Made by a program: the position numbers and the translations under genes
Notes under the pieces: model-generated
Told to the model about the DNA's origin: nothing
Databases searched by the model: none
Seen by the model: only the letters and a program-made list of their open reading frames with translations
Shown: positions 40,701 to 49,877 of the stretch, piece by piece
How positions within the stretch are numbered: position 1 is the first letter of the stretch
How the letters are laid out: each line of letters opens with the position of its first letter
IMG/VR virus record: IMGVR_UViG_3300020185_004330
Span: 17,141-81,140 of that record
Direction: 5' to 3' (one strand)
Source of the DNA: a virus
Length of the DNA stretch: 64,000 bases

Positions 40701-41283
40701 ATATAGTAAATATGCCATTTACTTACAAGCTGTACATAGAGATGGAATACCTGCTAGAATAATAAGGCAAAAATTGCCTATAATAAATTATAAAATCAAT
40801 TCAATATTAAAAAATTTGGTAGAATTTAAGGTGGAGATGATTATAAAAAACAATGGAGACATAAAAGAGTTCTTTTATTTTAACTCACTAGAAAAAGATG
40901 CACTACCAATGACAATGGCTTCAGGTGCACAAAAGTTTATAGGAAGTGTAGCAATAAGAGACTCTCTACATTTTGTTAGTTCACTAACTAAACCTTCGCT
41001 CTGTATAATAGATGAGGGATTTGGAGCTTTAGATAATGATTTGACCATAGCCATGCAGTCTGTTTTTTATTACTTAAAAGATAAATACAAAAACACATGG
41101 ATTATAACTCACAAAAATGAGATTAAAGATTTTGTTGATAACATAATTCAAGTTTCTAAAAGTAAGTCAACATTAACTGATGAACAAATAAAAGAGAATC
41201 CTAGAGCTGGAATATCTGTGTTTGATTTAAATAATAGAAATCAAAATAAAGGAAAAGAAAACAGTAAGGAGGTTTCTTTTTAG
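37783..41283 (+). CDS. Fused Mre11/SbcD nuclease - Rad50/SbcC ATPase (T4 gp47-gp46-like)
   Basis: HISDIH, TGDLFH, GNHD, GDIH, YPGS phosphoesterase motifs; Walker A GKNFSGKT; CPTC hook; ASGAQK signature; IIDEGFGALD; IITH. Start is ATG 37783 (ATGA overlap with primase). Confidence 0.9.
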   Translation: MSKSKVNNSIAHISDIHIRYGSRHKEYRDVFQRTIDDLSVQKPKRIAITGDLFHIKINLSPNALEIAGWFMKELSKIAPVDLILGNHDLNLQSLEQGNSIEPIIKLISDGYIVEKGAKKLPTHKGSGHGIFFFLHSGFYNVNDDIVYGVYSCLDNEILTLKTKDKDKTYIAMYHGPVYGSRGNNGYELHDSEYMMKLSTFNNFDIVMLGDIHEHQSFSLKTSATENIAYPGSLIQQDYGETIDKGYIVWDLKKKSFSRKFIPNDYGFSSLHISRGEIFEDRIEDLKLSHNPKKTKVSVTWEAFQEDYSVEKEKQIEKLIKNKYGCEVINVDCKHISKEDEISNIDIDEEKDYTKIEEFETLLKEFVDNSEYDNEDEVLELSRKIDKELNYSSEKGKKWFLNSLEVWNLFGFPEDKTTFNFNELSGVTGIFGKNFSGKTNLIRALVWIAYRKILGGGEAYRLTNMYTESDKAGGRIYLTIDSQQYYIERTVRVRTKKDGTPDVSYGVEYKMLKEDSEGKKTWTSIDSDKAATEKTERNNIIVESIGTFDDFTKIVLQAQGGEGNFLDMSQQPKNDLINKYLGLEVFRDRYEYAKRIFNDIKSKQKFLGSSKEHKESIKKEDESIVENNKYLKKYKTEREDTDKLVEAQEQKIRDLTKTLIKVEVTKYSNIESAQKSIEKTKESLDKKVELESEFIKWVSSNFKKELPKDSALGIVKVETSLKSERKLFESEKNEYVSLNSWIESNPLQKEIDIEPVKQKVTETESALLRLKNKLEISKGKKCPTCGNVEQKANLELEKQCSKDIERGEKALFERNGEIKRANQISNHNIFFEKQKNKMGSFKNSLQERKIKIEDLKRGLELSQKVEEINKHNNLVESKSKSLESIKVDILELKKTIEDIKKDISILKSNKDSIEKNNEINVQIKLNEDEKKSLKLIINQLNEKISSIKSDIKVSKSNKDNLEGKIETIKKAESSYSKYAIYLQAVHRDGIPARIIRQKLPIINYKINSILKNLVEFKVEMIIKNNGDIKEFFYFNSLEKDALPMTMASGAQKFIGSVAIRDSLHFVSSLTKPSLCIIDEGFGALDNDLTIAMQSVFYYLKDKYKNTWIITHKNEIKDFVDNIIQVSKSKSTLTDEQIKENPRAGISVFDLNNRNQNKGKENSKEVSF

Positions 41284-41876
41284 ATTCTAGTTTCTGGATT
41301 CTCGTATGGCTGCTCCAAATCTCTAGCTCCAGCCTCTTTAAATCTTCTTACTTTAGACCTTAATTCTCCTGCTTCTTTTTGTTTTTCCAAGAACTCTTTT
41401 TGATAAAGCTGTGCTTTAGGTAATTTAAAGCTAACCTCAACGGTACTCATACCTCTATCGTTTGGATTGTATTTGTCTGGGTTGAAATCAAAGAAATTTC
41501 CAGTAAACCACATCCCTCTTATATTGTTTGATTTGAATAGCCTCCAAACATTTTTTGCTTCAGCACTACGATTACTTGTTCCTTTAGCTTCCGATTCTGA
41601 CTGCCCTACTTTATGAACTGCTCTTATAACGCGATTACCAGCTTTAGACATGCCCATAGCAACAGGGTATATCAGCCTATATTTTCCTGAAGGGGCTTTC
41701 ATGTCGTCTCCTTTATATAATATCCCCACCTCTCTTCCTTGTAGGATTGCTTGAGTCATTAAATCTATACTAAAAGGCACTCTAGTGTTGCTTGCGGGAA
41801 AATAGTCAACATTTTCTTTAACCACAATACCAGCTAATTTTTGTACTCTTTTTATGTAAGACTCAGAAAGTGTCAT
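41280..41876 (-). CDS. WYL-domain-like protein
   Basis: VGILYKG...SGKYRLIYPVAMG...VIRA...WRLFKSNNI. Confidence 0.55.
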   Translation of the reverse strand: MTLSESYIKRVQKLAGIVVKENVDYFPASNTRVPFSIDLMTQAILQGREVGILYKGDDMKAPSGKYRLIYPVAMGMSKAGNRVIRAVHKVGQSESEAKGTSNRSAEAKNVWRLFKSNNIRGMWFTGNFFDFNPDKYNPNDRGMSTVEVSFKLPKAQLYQKEFLEKQKEAGELRSKVRRFKEAGARDLEQPYENPETRI

Positions 41877-43018
41877 TATTTTTTGTTTCTTTTTTTTGAT
41901 TTAGCTTTTTTGGCTTTAGTCCACAAATCAGAATCTGCTTTTCTAGCACCACCTGAACCAGTAATAAAACTGTTAACCCTTCCCATGGCCCATTGATTTT
42001 GAGCAACACCAGGTCTGTGACCAGTTCTCCAAGCAGCCATTCCTCTATTATAAACTTGCTTTAATATGTAATAAGGTATATTAGAGTCTTTAGACTTTTT
42101 CTTCAATCCTTTATCATTACTTTTAGACTCTTTTATAAACTCTTGGTCGTTTGGCATTATAGATATTCCATATTTTTTGTTTAAAATCTTTTCTAATGCA
42201 ATAGGTATAGCCATAGAAACAGAGCCCATAGCCATTACGCCAATTATTTTTGCTAAATCCTTAGATTGTTCTTTTAAAAATTTTATTTCATTTTCTGAAA
42301 CTTCTTTTTTCGCGAGTATTTTTTTACAAATTTTAAAAGCCTCCAACGTTTCTCTTTTCTCTCTTGAAGCTATTTCTTTAAATTTGTTAAAAGATTTTAA
42401 TAATTTATCTTTTTTACTTTTTAAAATATCAAATCTTTCACCGTACATTTTTTTATAAGCTAAAGTCGCGTCACTTTTTTTTGTCTTTTCACCTTTGTCA
42501 GCTTTCCATTGTTTAGTGTATGCAGAAGAGTCAGAAGATTTTTTGTGAGCAAACTTATCTATCTCCTTTTTCATTTGAGACCTTTTGTTCTTGGATTTAG
42601 ATGTAAGATATTTGCCAGGCACTTTTCTTCCTTTTTTTGTTTTAGAGTCTTTGCCCTTATTCTCTAAAAACAGCTTTAATGTCTCTGATATAATTTTTTT
42701 CAAACTATTCTCACTATTAGATAAATCAGTTTTATAAACTTTTACCTCTAAATCTCCACTACCCTTTATTAGTCTATGAAATTTTTCTGACTCTATAAAT
42801 ATAGGTTTTTCAGGACTCAAATTTTGCGGAATCTCGTCATCTATTTGTATTTGCCAATCACTTTCGTGCAAAGGGAATATAATTCTATCCTCTTTATCTC
42901 TATGCCAAACCAATTCACTTTCGTTTAACGAATTAGAAAAGTTCCTAACAACAAATTTTCCATCTTTCTTTTCATCGAATGGTAAGTTGTTTTTTTTATT
43001 TTTATTAATTTCTTTCAT
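41876..43018 (-). CDS. Multi-module basic protein (cupin-like N-terminus; C-terminal DUF5824-like module)
   Basis: ELVWHRDKEDR...KFHRLIKG; C-terminal ILKQVYNRGMAAWRTGHRPG..QNQWAMGRVNSF. Confidence 0.5.
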   Translation of the reverse strand: MKEINKNKKNNLPFDEKKDGKFVVRNFSNSLNESELVWHRDKEDRIIFPLHESDWQIQIDDEIPQNLSPEKPIFIESEKFHRLIKGSGDLEVKVYKTDLSNSENSLKKIISETLKLFLENKGKDSKTKKGRKVPGKYLTSKSKNKRSQMKKEIDKFAHKKSSDSSAYTKQWKADKGEKTKKSDATLAYKKMYGERFDILKSKKDKLLKSFNKFKEIASREKRETLEAFKICKKILAKKEVSENEIKFLKEQSKDLAKIIGVMAMGSVSMAIPIALEKILNKKYGISIMPNDQEFIKESKSNDKGLKKKSKDSNIPYYILKQVYNRGMAAWRTGHRPGVAQNQWAMGRVNSFITGSGGARKADSDLWTKAKKAKSKKRNKK

Positions 43019-43020
43019 TT

Positions 43021-43641
43021 CTACCACCACTTACCTTGGCCGCTTAAGCCTAACATTTTTGCATATCTAGGAAGTCTACAAGACCAATACCCAGGCGTAG
43101 TTTTATCATTTTTTTCTGTACAATTATGTCTATCAGAAAATCTTTTTCTTGCGTCAGGGTCTCTAAGTTTAACTGCTAACTTACCTCCACCATCTTTTGC
43201 TCCAAAAGAAACTTTTACAACCTTACCAGTTTTAGGGTTTTTTACAAATACATAAAACTTTTTACTCCCCCCTCTTTTGGGCTTATTTAATTTTACCTTT
43301 TTGCCTTGGTATGTAGCTTCATTTAAATTGTAATCTTGATTCTCAAATGGCAAATCCAAAGGAACTAACTCGCCCTTATATTCTGCATATGACCCAGCAT
43401 CACTTTTAATAATTTCCTCATCACATTCACAAAGTACAATAAAGTCTTTACTGTATAATGACCTAACCTCCTTTATTAAATCTAGATGTTTACTTGATGC
43501 GTATCTATATATTGAGTTATGAACACTTATGTTATTGTCTATGTGATATTTTAAGTCATCACTTATATTGGATTTAGACTCTTTAAGAATCATTATTTCC
43601 TTAAGTTCAGTTTCTAATATTTCTGATATAAACTTTCTCAT
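43021..43641 (-). CDS. Conserved basic phage protein
   Basis: KKFYVFVKNPKTGKVVKVSFG...ARKRFSDRHNC...PGYWSC. Confidence 0.6.
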   Translation of the reverse strand: MRKFISEILETELKEIMILKESKSNISDDLKYHIDNNISVHNSIYRYASSKHLDLIKEVRSLYSKDFIVLCECDEEIIKSDAGSYAEYKGELVPLDLPFENQDYNLNEATYQGKKVKLNKPKRGGSKKFYVFVKNPKTGKVVKVSFGAKDGGGKLAVKLRDPDARKRFSDRHNCTEKNDKTTPGYWSCRLPRYAKMLGLSGQGKWW

Positions 43642-43712
43642 TTATTTTGTGAATAATCTATTAGATAAATAGTTGGAATTTTATAAATATTTTGATATAT
43701 TGCATGATTATA

Positions 43713-44564
43713 ATGGCATCTTCTAAAATTACAAAAATAAGTTATTCTACATACTCTTTATATAAGAATTGTGGACATAGATATTATCTGGAAAATGTAA
43801 TAGAAGCTCCTGATTTTGTGCCATCTATATATGCCTATTTTGGAGAGGCTATGCACGATTCTTTAAGAAAGGGTGTGGAGCATGGATTGAATGAGGAAGA
43901 AAGAATAAACAATTTTGTTTATGTGTTTAAAAAGTTAGTAATGGACAACCTACAGGGCTACCCAGACTTTATTAAGCTAAAAGAATTTACAGAACAAGGA
44001 GTAGAAATACTTAAGATAATGCCTACAGAAAGGTTGTCTGAAAAGTATATTTTTATAGGTGCGGAAGAACTGATTGTAGAGCAGATGTATGAAAATTACT
44101 CTTTTGTGGGATTTATAGATTTAATTCTAAAAAATAAATTAACTGGTAAATACGTAGTAATAGACTGGAAGACATCAACACTTCCTTGGGATATAGAACA
44201 GAAAAAGTCTGATAAAACATTTATGTCTCAAATGATGTTTTACAAGTATTTTTATGCATTGAAAAAAAATATACCACTACAAGATATAGAGTGTAAATAT
44301 GTTGTATTGAACAGGCTTAAAGGATTAAGTGATAGAGATGGGTACGGTGCAATTCAAAATGTAGAAATAGATACTAATGAATCTTTAATGGAAGAGGTGT
44401 TAGAAGATTTAGCCAAAACAACTAGAGACATATTTATTAGAAAAGTTTTTACTAAAGCTAAATTGGAAAAGAGAAAAGAATCTTGCAAATATTGTCCTTT
44501 TAATAAAAATTATAAGCTGTGTAATAACGAAAGTGTTCAAGAAATAAATTTAACTACCACTTAA
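43713..44564 (+). CDS. Cas4/RecB-like PD-(D/E)XK exonuclease
   Basis: SYS...YKNC..RY, GEAMH, GFIDL, IDWKT, C-terminal CKYCPF.....LC (four-Cys Fe-S pattern); start is uncertain between 43692 and 43713. Confidence 0.75.
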   Translation: MASSKITKISYSTYSLYKNCGHRYYLENVIEAPDFVPSIYAYFGEAMHDSLRKGVEHGLNEEERINNFVYVFKKLVMDNLQGYPDFIKLKEFTEQGVEILKIMPTERLSEKYIFIGAEELIVEQMYENYSFVGFIDLILKNKLTGKYVVIDWKTSTLPWDIEQKKSDKTFMSQMMFYKYFYALKKNIPLQDIECKYVVLNRLKGLSDRDGYGAIQNVEIDTNESLMEEVLEDLAKTTRDIFIRKVFTKAKLEKRKESCKYCPFNKNYKLCNNESVQEINLTTT

Positions 44565-45083
44565 TTTTTGAAAATTTTTCCAATTATAAGCTCTTTTCAT
44601 TTTTTGATATTTCTTGTCTATACCCTTAACTTCTTCTTTGTCCAAATCTCCTTCGTCTGCAGTTTCGTCTTGTTTTTCAGAATATCCTTTTTGTATTTTT
44701 AAGTCGTAATCACTTTGAAACCAGAAATCTTCATTATCTGGGTCGTAGTTTCTTTTAAAGTCTTTAGGTGTAAATATTTGATTAAAAATATCCATGTATA
44801 TATCAGAAACGGGAGTTGTGTCATTAGGTCCTGGTCCCACGTTTTCATTAATAGAATCTTTATATTTCTTATCCCAAGCCTCCTCTAAGCTTCCGTATCT
44901 ATCAATCATCCATTTTTTAAGTTCCTCTATTCTAAACTCTTCTTTTTTAGAATCAAATCCGCAAACATGACATAAATAGGGGTCTTTATCTCCCTTCTCT
45001 TTCTCCCAGCTGTGATAGCAGTTATCACAAACAATTAGTCCTGAAAGTTCTTTTAATCTATTTTTGTACGATTCACTTAACAT
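44550..45083 (-). CDS. Hypothetical protein with CxxC...CxxC motif
   Basis: CDNCYHSW...YLCHVCG; N-terminal LSESYKNRLKELSG peptide. Confidence 0.65.
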   Translation of the reverse strand: MLSESYKNRLKELSGLIVCDNCYHSWEKEKGDKDPYLCHVCGFDSKKEEFRIEELKKWMIDRYGSLEEAWDKKYKDSINENVGPGPNDTTPVSDIYMDIFNQIFTPKDFKRNYDPDNEDFWFQSDYDLKIQKGYSEKQDETADEGDLDKEEVKGIDKKYQKMKRAYNWKNFQKLSGS

Positions 45084-45086
45084 GAT

Positions 45087-45464
45087 TTATAGTTCTGAAA
45101 TTTTAACACTATCTCCTACTATTTCTACCTTAAAATTAGAAGGGCAAACATTCTCTAAATATCTTTTATAAGTTTCTAAAGGATGTTTTTTATAATTTAA
45201 ATCTTGGTCTATATCTATTTGTCTTATCTTAAACCTTTCTTTACTTTCTGGCTTATCCCAATTTATTGTATTCTCTCTGTTTGCATTTTTGCAAAAATCT
45301 AATTCATCAGTAAATATCCATACATTTTCTCCTATAGCTTTTTTATAAAAAACATCTCCTCCAATATCTCTAACTTGATATTCATATTTAGTTATGCTTT
45401 TTGCCTCTGACAAAACACCAGATAATTGCACTATTCTTTTCTTATATGATTCTGATAAATTCAC
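45087..45464 (-). CDS. Hypothetical protein
   Basis: Probable GTG start giving the NLSESYKKRIVQLSG peptide. Confidence 0.6.
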   Translation of the reverse strand: MNLSESYKKRIVQLSGVLSEAKSITKYEYQVRDIGGDVFYKKAIGENVWIFTDELDFCKNANRENTINWDKPESKERFKIRQIDIDQDLNYKKHPLETYKRYLENVCPSNFKVEIVGDSVKISEL

Positions 45465-45528
45465 ACTATTTAAACTAAAGTTTATTATAAATATCAATAA
45501 ACTTTACTTTTATCATTCTTAGGTTAAA

Positions 45529-45831
45529 TTGTTTTTAATAATGCATGCAAGAAGTCATATAATTAATAATCAAAAAAAATTTTCATATGAAATAAAAAGA
45601 TGGTTAACAAGTGATTTTTCTAAATCAAAAAAAGAGCTAAAAGAAATAGATACGCATGACCAAGACATTATCGAAGCAAAAAAAGAATTAGAATTAAAGT
45701 TTCAAAATATAAAATTAGAAAAAGAAATAAAAAAATTTTTTATAAGTGAAACAAATATATACCCCAAGTTTTACGCTTGGTGGGACGATTATAACCAAAA
45801 AGTAGAAATATTTTTATATGAAAGCAAATAG
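45529..45831 (+). CDS. Hypothetical protein
   Basis: ORF track; start of a co-oriented run. Confidence 0.55.
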   Translation: MFLIMHARSHIINNQKKFSYEIKRWLTSDFSKSKKELKEIDTHDQDIIEAKKELELKFQNIKLEKEIKKFFISETNIYPKFYAWWDDYNQKVEIFLYESK

Positions 45832-46159
45832 AAAAAATACAAAAAATGTTTTAATAGATTTAGCATATAAGGGCTCAATGAATGAGTTTGAAGAGTTTTA
45901 CGGATTTTCAGTTACATATCAAGAATTAGAACAACAAAGCTACATTGAATTCAAAGAAATTATGTTTGAAGTGGTAAATAATAAAATAAAATTCAGAAAA
46001 TACGGAAGAATAGGCAATGTATTGACTGTTAGAGCTGAAATGTATGATGAAGAAATTGAATTATTTGAAAATTTAATACAAAATAATAAGATTAAGACTA
46101 TTTATGATTGGATAGTAAAAGATGTTACAATTATAAAAGAAGAAGAATATGAACAATAA
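45818..46159 (+). CDS. Hypothetical protein
   Basis: Overlapping starts and stops with neighbours. Confidence 0.6.
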   Translation: MKANRKNTKNVLIDLAYKGSMNEFEEFYGFSVTYQELEQQSYIEFKEIMFEVVNNKIKFRKYGRIGNVLTVRAEMYDEEIELFENLIQNNKIKTIYDWIVKDVTIIKEEEYEQ

Positions 46160-46865
46160 AGGAAATACAAAAAAAGAAATGCAAGAAAGGTTTTCTCAAA
46201 TGGGGATACCAACACCAGTAAAGCCCATAACAAACCCAAAATCAGCACCAAAAAATACGGAACTAGCTTCTAAAATGGACCAAATAAGAAACGGCTCACT
46301 AGCAGGCAATTTTAAGCAGTTTATAGATAAGGCTGAAAAAACTTCAAAAATGCCAGCAAATATACCTGTTCCTAAAGTGGGTAAAAATCCAAATGAAAAA
46401 ACCACTAAAGAAACACCATCTCTTAGTAGTTTTTCCCCAAAGTCTAACCCACAAGCTTCAGCAATAGAAGCTATGATGTTTGGTAACTCTTCAGCGCCAG
46501 CAGCATCAATTTCTGAAAATTCAGAAGTTGCAAACTTTGGACCACAAAATGTAGATATTAGAAGCAGATTGCAACAGAGGTTGTCAGAAAAGCAAAGTGA
46601 AGTAAATCAAGAATCTCATTTCTCTCAAGCAACTCAAGCTCATGGCGTTCTAGAAAATCAATTAACTGATGCGGAATTAACAGAAAAAATTACAGAGGTT
46701 GCTAAAAAAGTTTCAAAAGATATGATTAAAAATGTTATTATGGAGCTATCAAAAGCCAAGGGAGGACTTATAGTGGAAAGTAAAAACGTAAAGAAAGCAG
46801 AGATTGTAGCAAAAAACAAAGTAAAAATAGACGGCAAGGTTTATAAGTTAACTCTAGATAAATAA
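46149..46865 (+). CDS. Hypothetical low-complexity protein
   Basis: 238 aa, Pro/Ser/Lys-rich. Confidence 0.65.
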   Translation: MNNKGNTKKEMQERFSQMGIPTPVKPITNPKSAPKNTELASKMDQIRNGSLAGNFKQFIDKAEKTSKMPANIPVPKVGKNPNEKTTKETPSLSSFSPKSNPQASAIEAMMFGNSSAPAASISENSEVANFGPQNVDIRSRLQQRLSEKQSEVNQESHFSQATQAHGVLENQLTDAELTEKITEVAKKVSKDMIKNVIMELSKAKGGLIVESKNVKKAEIVAKNKVKIDGKVYKLTLDK

Positions 46866-47290
46866 TGTCAAAGTCTAATTATAAAATAAAAACTGAAATA
46901 ATAAAAGACAAGCCTTTTGTAACAGTTGAAATGTCATATAAAGATAGCTTTTCTAATGATAAATATATTTTATCTGGCAACCTGAATGAAAGTAAGGTTA
47001 ATTTTACTTTTGTAAAAAACAAAGAACAAAAGATAAATGAAGCATCTTTCTATGCTACAAATGATTTTGGTTCTAGTACATTTATTGAAGAGCTTTCGAA
47101 AGGAGTTAACAACTATGACTTCATTGAAGATTTCAAAAAAAATAACTTAGAAGACTTTACAAAAGAATTATCTGAATTTATTGTAAAGTGTGATTCGTCT
47201 ATGATTTCTGACGGAAAGATGTTTGAAGGGTACAAAAATAAACTAAGAGGTATGGCTGGCATAAGTGAAATAAATGAAAATTTGAGATAA
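46865..47290 (+). CDS. Hypothetical protein
   Basis: TAATG overlap; C-terminal EGYKNKLRGMAGI peptide. Confidence 0.65.
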   Translation: MSKSNYKIKTEIIKDKPFVTVEMSYKDSFSNDKYILSGNLNESKVNFTFVKNKEQKINEASFYATNDFGSSTFIEELSKGVNNYDFIEDFKKNNLEDFTKELSEFIVKCDSSMISDGKMFEGYKNKLRGMAGISEINENLR

Positions 47291-48261
47291 TGTTAATAAA
47301 AAAAGGAAGCAAAGGAAATGAGGTAAAAGAAATACAAAAAGCCTTAGGATTAAATGCTGATGGAATATTTGGAGCATACACTGAAGCGGCTGTAAAAAAA
47401 TATCAAAAATCTAAAGGATTGACGACAGACGGAATTGTTGGTCCTAAAACTTATAAAATACTAATAGGAGAAAATTTAGATGCAGACACCGATAGGTTTG
47501 GTTATGACGAGTCAAACGACAAGGATGATAAGTTAGAATATCTAGGAGCTTACACAACTGAAGACGGATTAAAGATTGATAAGGCCTATTTGGATTCTGA
47601 TGAATATGTAAGAACTTATGGTAAAATAGAGCCAGAAAACTTTTTTATACACCATACAGCAGGCTGGAACAATCCGTACAACACAATAAACTCCTGGAAT
47701 AGAGATAAAAGAGGTAGGGTTGCTACACAATATTGCATTGGAGGAATAAGTATAAAAAAAGGAAAATACGGAGACGATAAATATAATGGAGAAGTTGTAG
47801 AATGTTTTCCAAATGACTACATAGGTTGGCATCTAGGTAAAGTAGGTAATTTTGATATGTCAAAATACTCTTCTGCTGTTGAAGTTAATAATTTTGGTTA
47901 TGTAGTTAAAAAAGGAGATAAGTATTATAACTACGTAAATGTAGAAGTTCCCGAAAGTATGGTTTGTGATTTGGGCTACAAATTTAGAGGGCATCAATAT
48001 TGGCACGCATACACAACAGAACAAATTGAATCTCTAAGACTGTTGATTAAGCACGTTGCGAGAATTTATCCGAAAATAGATATTAAAGCAGGTATACCAC
48101 AACTTCTAAAGGACGGAATGGACCCCAAGGAAGCGTTTGAGTTTAATAAAGATGCTTATTATGGAAAGATAAAGGGGTTATGGAGTCACACGTCAGTACG
48201 TAAAGACAAATTTGATATGTATCCCTGTCCACGTTTAGTAGAAATGCTTAAAAATATTTAG
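47290..48261 (+). CDS. Endolysin: peptidoglycan-binding domain + N-acetylmuramoyl-L-alanine amidase (Amidase_2-like)
   Basis: KKGSKGNEVKEIQKAL..ADGIFG..TEAAVKKYQ....DGIVGPKT; FIHHTAG, SAVEV, WSHTSVRKDKFD. Confidence 0.85.
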   Translation: MLIKKGSKGNEVKEIQKALGLNADGIFGAYTEAAVKKYQKSKGLTTDGIVGPKTYKILIGENLDADTDRFGYDESNDKDDKLEYLGAYTTEDGLKIDKAYLDSDEYVRTYGKIEPENFFIHHTAGWNNPYNTINSWNRDKRGRVATQYCIGGISIKKGKYGDDKYNGEVVECFPNDYIGWHLGKVGNFDMSKYSSAVEVNNFGYVVKKGDKYYNYVNVEVPESMVCDLGYKFRGHQYWHAYTTEQIESLRLLIKHVARIYPKIDIKAGIPQLLKDGMDPKEAFEFNKDAYYGKIKGLWSHTSVRKDKFDMYPCPRLVEMLKNI

Positions 48262-48295
48262 TCAATACTTAATTTTTGGTTCATATTTATTATAT

Positions 48296-48505
48296 ATGAA
48301 AGACTTTTATGTAATATCAGAATCTAACAATAAACCTCTTACTAAAACGGAAATCAAAAAGATTGTAAAAACCGAAATAGAAAGAGCTTTAAATAAAGCT
48401 AAAATTTTAGATAAAGAAGATGTTAGAAAAGTTGTAAAAGATATGATGATAAAACAGTACAAGTTTTTCTGGGAGAAAAAGAGTTTTTGGGTAAATAATA
48501 TTTAA
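48296..48505 (+). CDS. Small hypothetical protein
   Basis: 69-aa ORF with A/T leader. Confidence 0.6.
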   Translation: MKDFYVISESNNKPLTKTEIKKIVKTEIERALNKAKILDKEDVRKVVKDMMIKQYKFFWEKKSFWVNNI

Positions 48506-48506
48506 A

Positions 48507-48704
48507 ATGAAAAAAAAAGAACTAAAAGAATTAATAGACACAGAAGTGTCAAAAGTTTTTTCTGATATGACATCAAAAGAGCCTGAAGCAGAAAAGGAAA
48601 TGAAAGAAACTCCTAAAGTTAAAACTGTACCCAAAACAACAAGCTTAACAGAGGAAGAGTTGGATTACATATGGTTTGGAGGACAAAAGAAAAAAGAAAA
48701 TTAA
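48507..48704 (+). CDS. Small hypothetical protein
   Basis: 65-aa ORF, tightly packed with neighbours. Confidence 0.55.
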   Translation: MKKKELKELIDTEVSKVFSDMTSKEPEAEKEMKETPKVKTVPKTTSLTEEELDYIWFGGQKKKEN

Positions 48705-48705
48705 A

Positions 48706-49221
48706 ATGACAGCAGAAATTACAAAAGCGGAAATACAAGACTTGCAAAAACAATTTACTCAAAAAATTGGAGATTATGCAGTTAAGTTTAATGAATTATC
48801 TATTTACAAAGGATATAGTGGACAAGATGCAAATTGGTCTGGGACCGTACTTTTAGAAAAAGACTATATGATATCTTGGGAGTTTTCACTAATTGATGGC
48901 GTTAAAATATTAGATGCAAACTTTGCTATTAATGATAAAAACAGAAATATACTGCAAGATTTAAAAGACGTATATGAAGTGTTTTACGATAAGTTAAATC
49001 AAGTTGTTAGAGATGTGGAGTATCAGCCAGAAACTAAAGAAACGGGTGATGAAGTCATGTTAGGTACAGATAATGATGAAATAGAACAATTAGGTGGGCC
49101 TGCAGAGACTTCTCCAGAAGGAGAGATGATGCCGATAAACGAATCTAGAACGGTAAAAAATAGAAGAAATACCATAAAAGCCAGTTACGATAGAATGAGA
49201 AAATTGGCTGGGAGTAAATAA
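48706..49221 (+). CDS. Hypothetical protein
   Basis: Probable start ATG 48706; C-terminal SYDRMRKLAG peptide. Confidence 0.65.
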   Translation: MTAEITKAEIQDLQKQFTQKIGDYAVKFNELSIYKGYSGQDANWSGTVLLEKDYMISWEFSLIDGVKILDANFAINDKNRNILQDLKDVYEVFYDKLNQVVRDVEYQPETKETGDEVMLGTDNDEIEQLGGPAETSPEGEMMPINESRTVKNRRNTIKASYDRMRKLAGSK

Positions 49222-49238
49222 ATAAAAAAACAAAAAAC

Positions 49239-49526
49239 ATGAAAACAATTATTACAATTTTAAAGTCTTGGTGGATTGACATAGCTGCAACTGGACTATT
49301 GGGTGTAGCACTTTTAGTGTATGGATATAAGTTATATGCTGGTATTGCATTGGGTTGGGCTATTAACTCTTTGGTAAAATCATTGAAATCAATGGCTGTA
49401 TCAGAAGAGGTAAAGCCTATTGCAAAAAAGCCTGCCGCTAAGAAAGTTGCAGCAAAAAAACCTGTAACCAAGAAACCTGCAGTAAAAAAATCTGCAACTA
49501 AAAAGTCTGCTCCTAAGAAGAAATAG
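49239..49526 (+). CDS. Small membrane protein with PAKK/Lys-rich tail
   Basis: Two hydrophobic segments followed by KKPAAKKVAAKKP repeats. Confidence 0.65.
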   Translation: MKTIITILKSWWIDIAATGLLGVALLVYGYKLYAGIALGWAINSLVKSLKSMAVSEEVKPIAKKPAAKKVAAKKPVTKKPAVKKSATKKSAPKKK

Positions 49527-49552
49527 ACTTTTTAATTTATTGAAAACTATTA

Positions 49553-49584
49553 ACCCATCAACACATATGTTGATGGGTATTTTA
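49553..49584 (+). terminator. Intrinsic terminator
   Basis: ACCCATCAACA-CATA-TGTTGATGGGT 11-bp stem followed by ATTTTT. Confidence 0.85.
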
Positions 49585-49604
49585 TTTAATTAAAATTTAC
49601 AAAT

Positions 49605-49877
49605 ATGAAAAACAAAAAAAACCCTACATACCTCAAGTGGTTATTTACAGAACATAAAAGAGGCAAGTTAAAAGTGTTATTAACTATAGTTGGCATAATT
49701 CAATCGTGCTACATTACACCAGTTCTTATAGAGGAGTATAATTATGGAATGCCGTTATTTCCCGCAATAATGGGATTTATAGCATCTTATGGCTTTACAG
49801 TAGGTATAACTCTACAGCCATTCTCAATATATAAGAACTTAGTTAGGTTAGATTGGTGGAATAGGTTTGGAAATTAA
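49605..49877 (+). CDS. Small membrane protein
   Basis: Two hydrophobic stretches. Confidence 0.55.
   Translation: MKNKKNPTYLKWLFTEHKRGKLKVLLTIVGIIQSCYITPVLIEEYNYGMPLFPAIMGFIASYGFTVGITLQPFSIYKNLVRLDWWNRFGN

Noticed and set aside
43713-44564. Cas4-like gene as part of a phage CRISPR-Cas system
   Set aside because: No array or other cas genes in the window; solo Cas4-like nucleases are common in phages.
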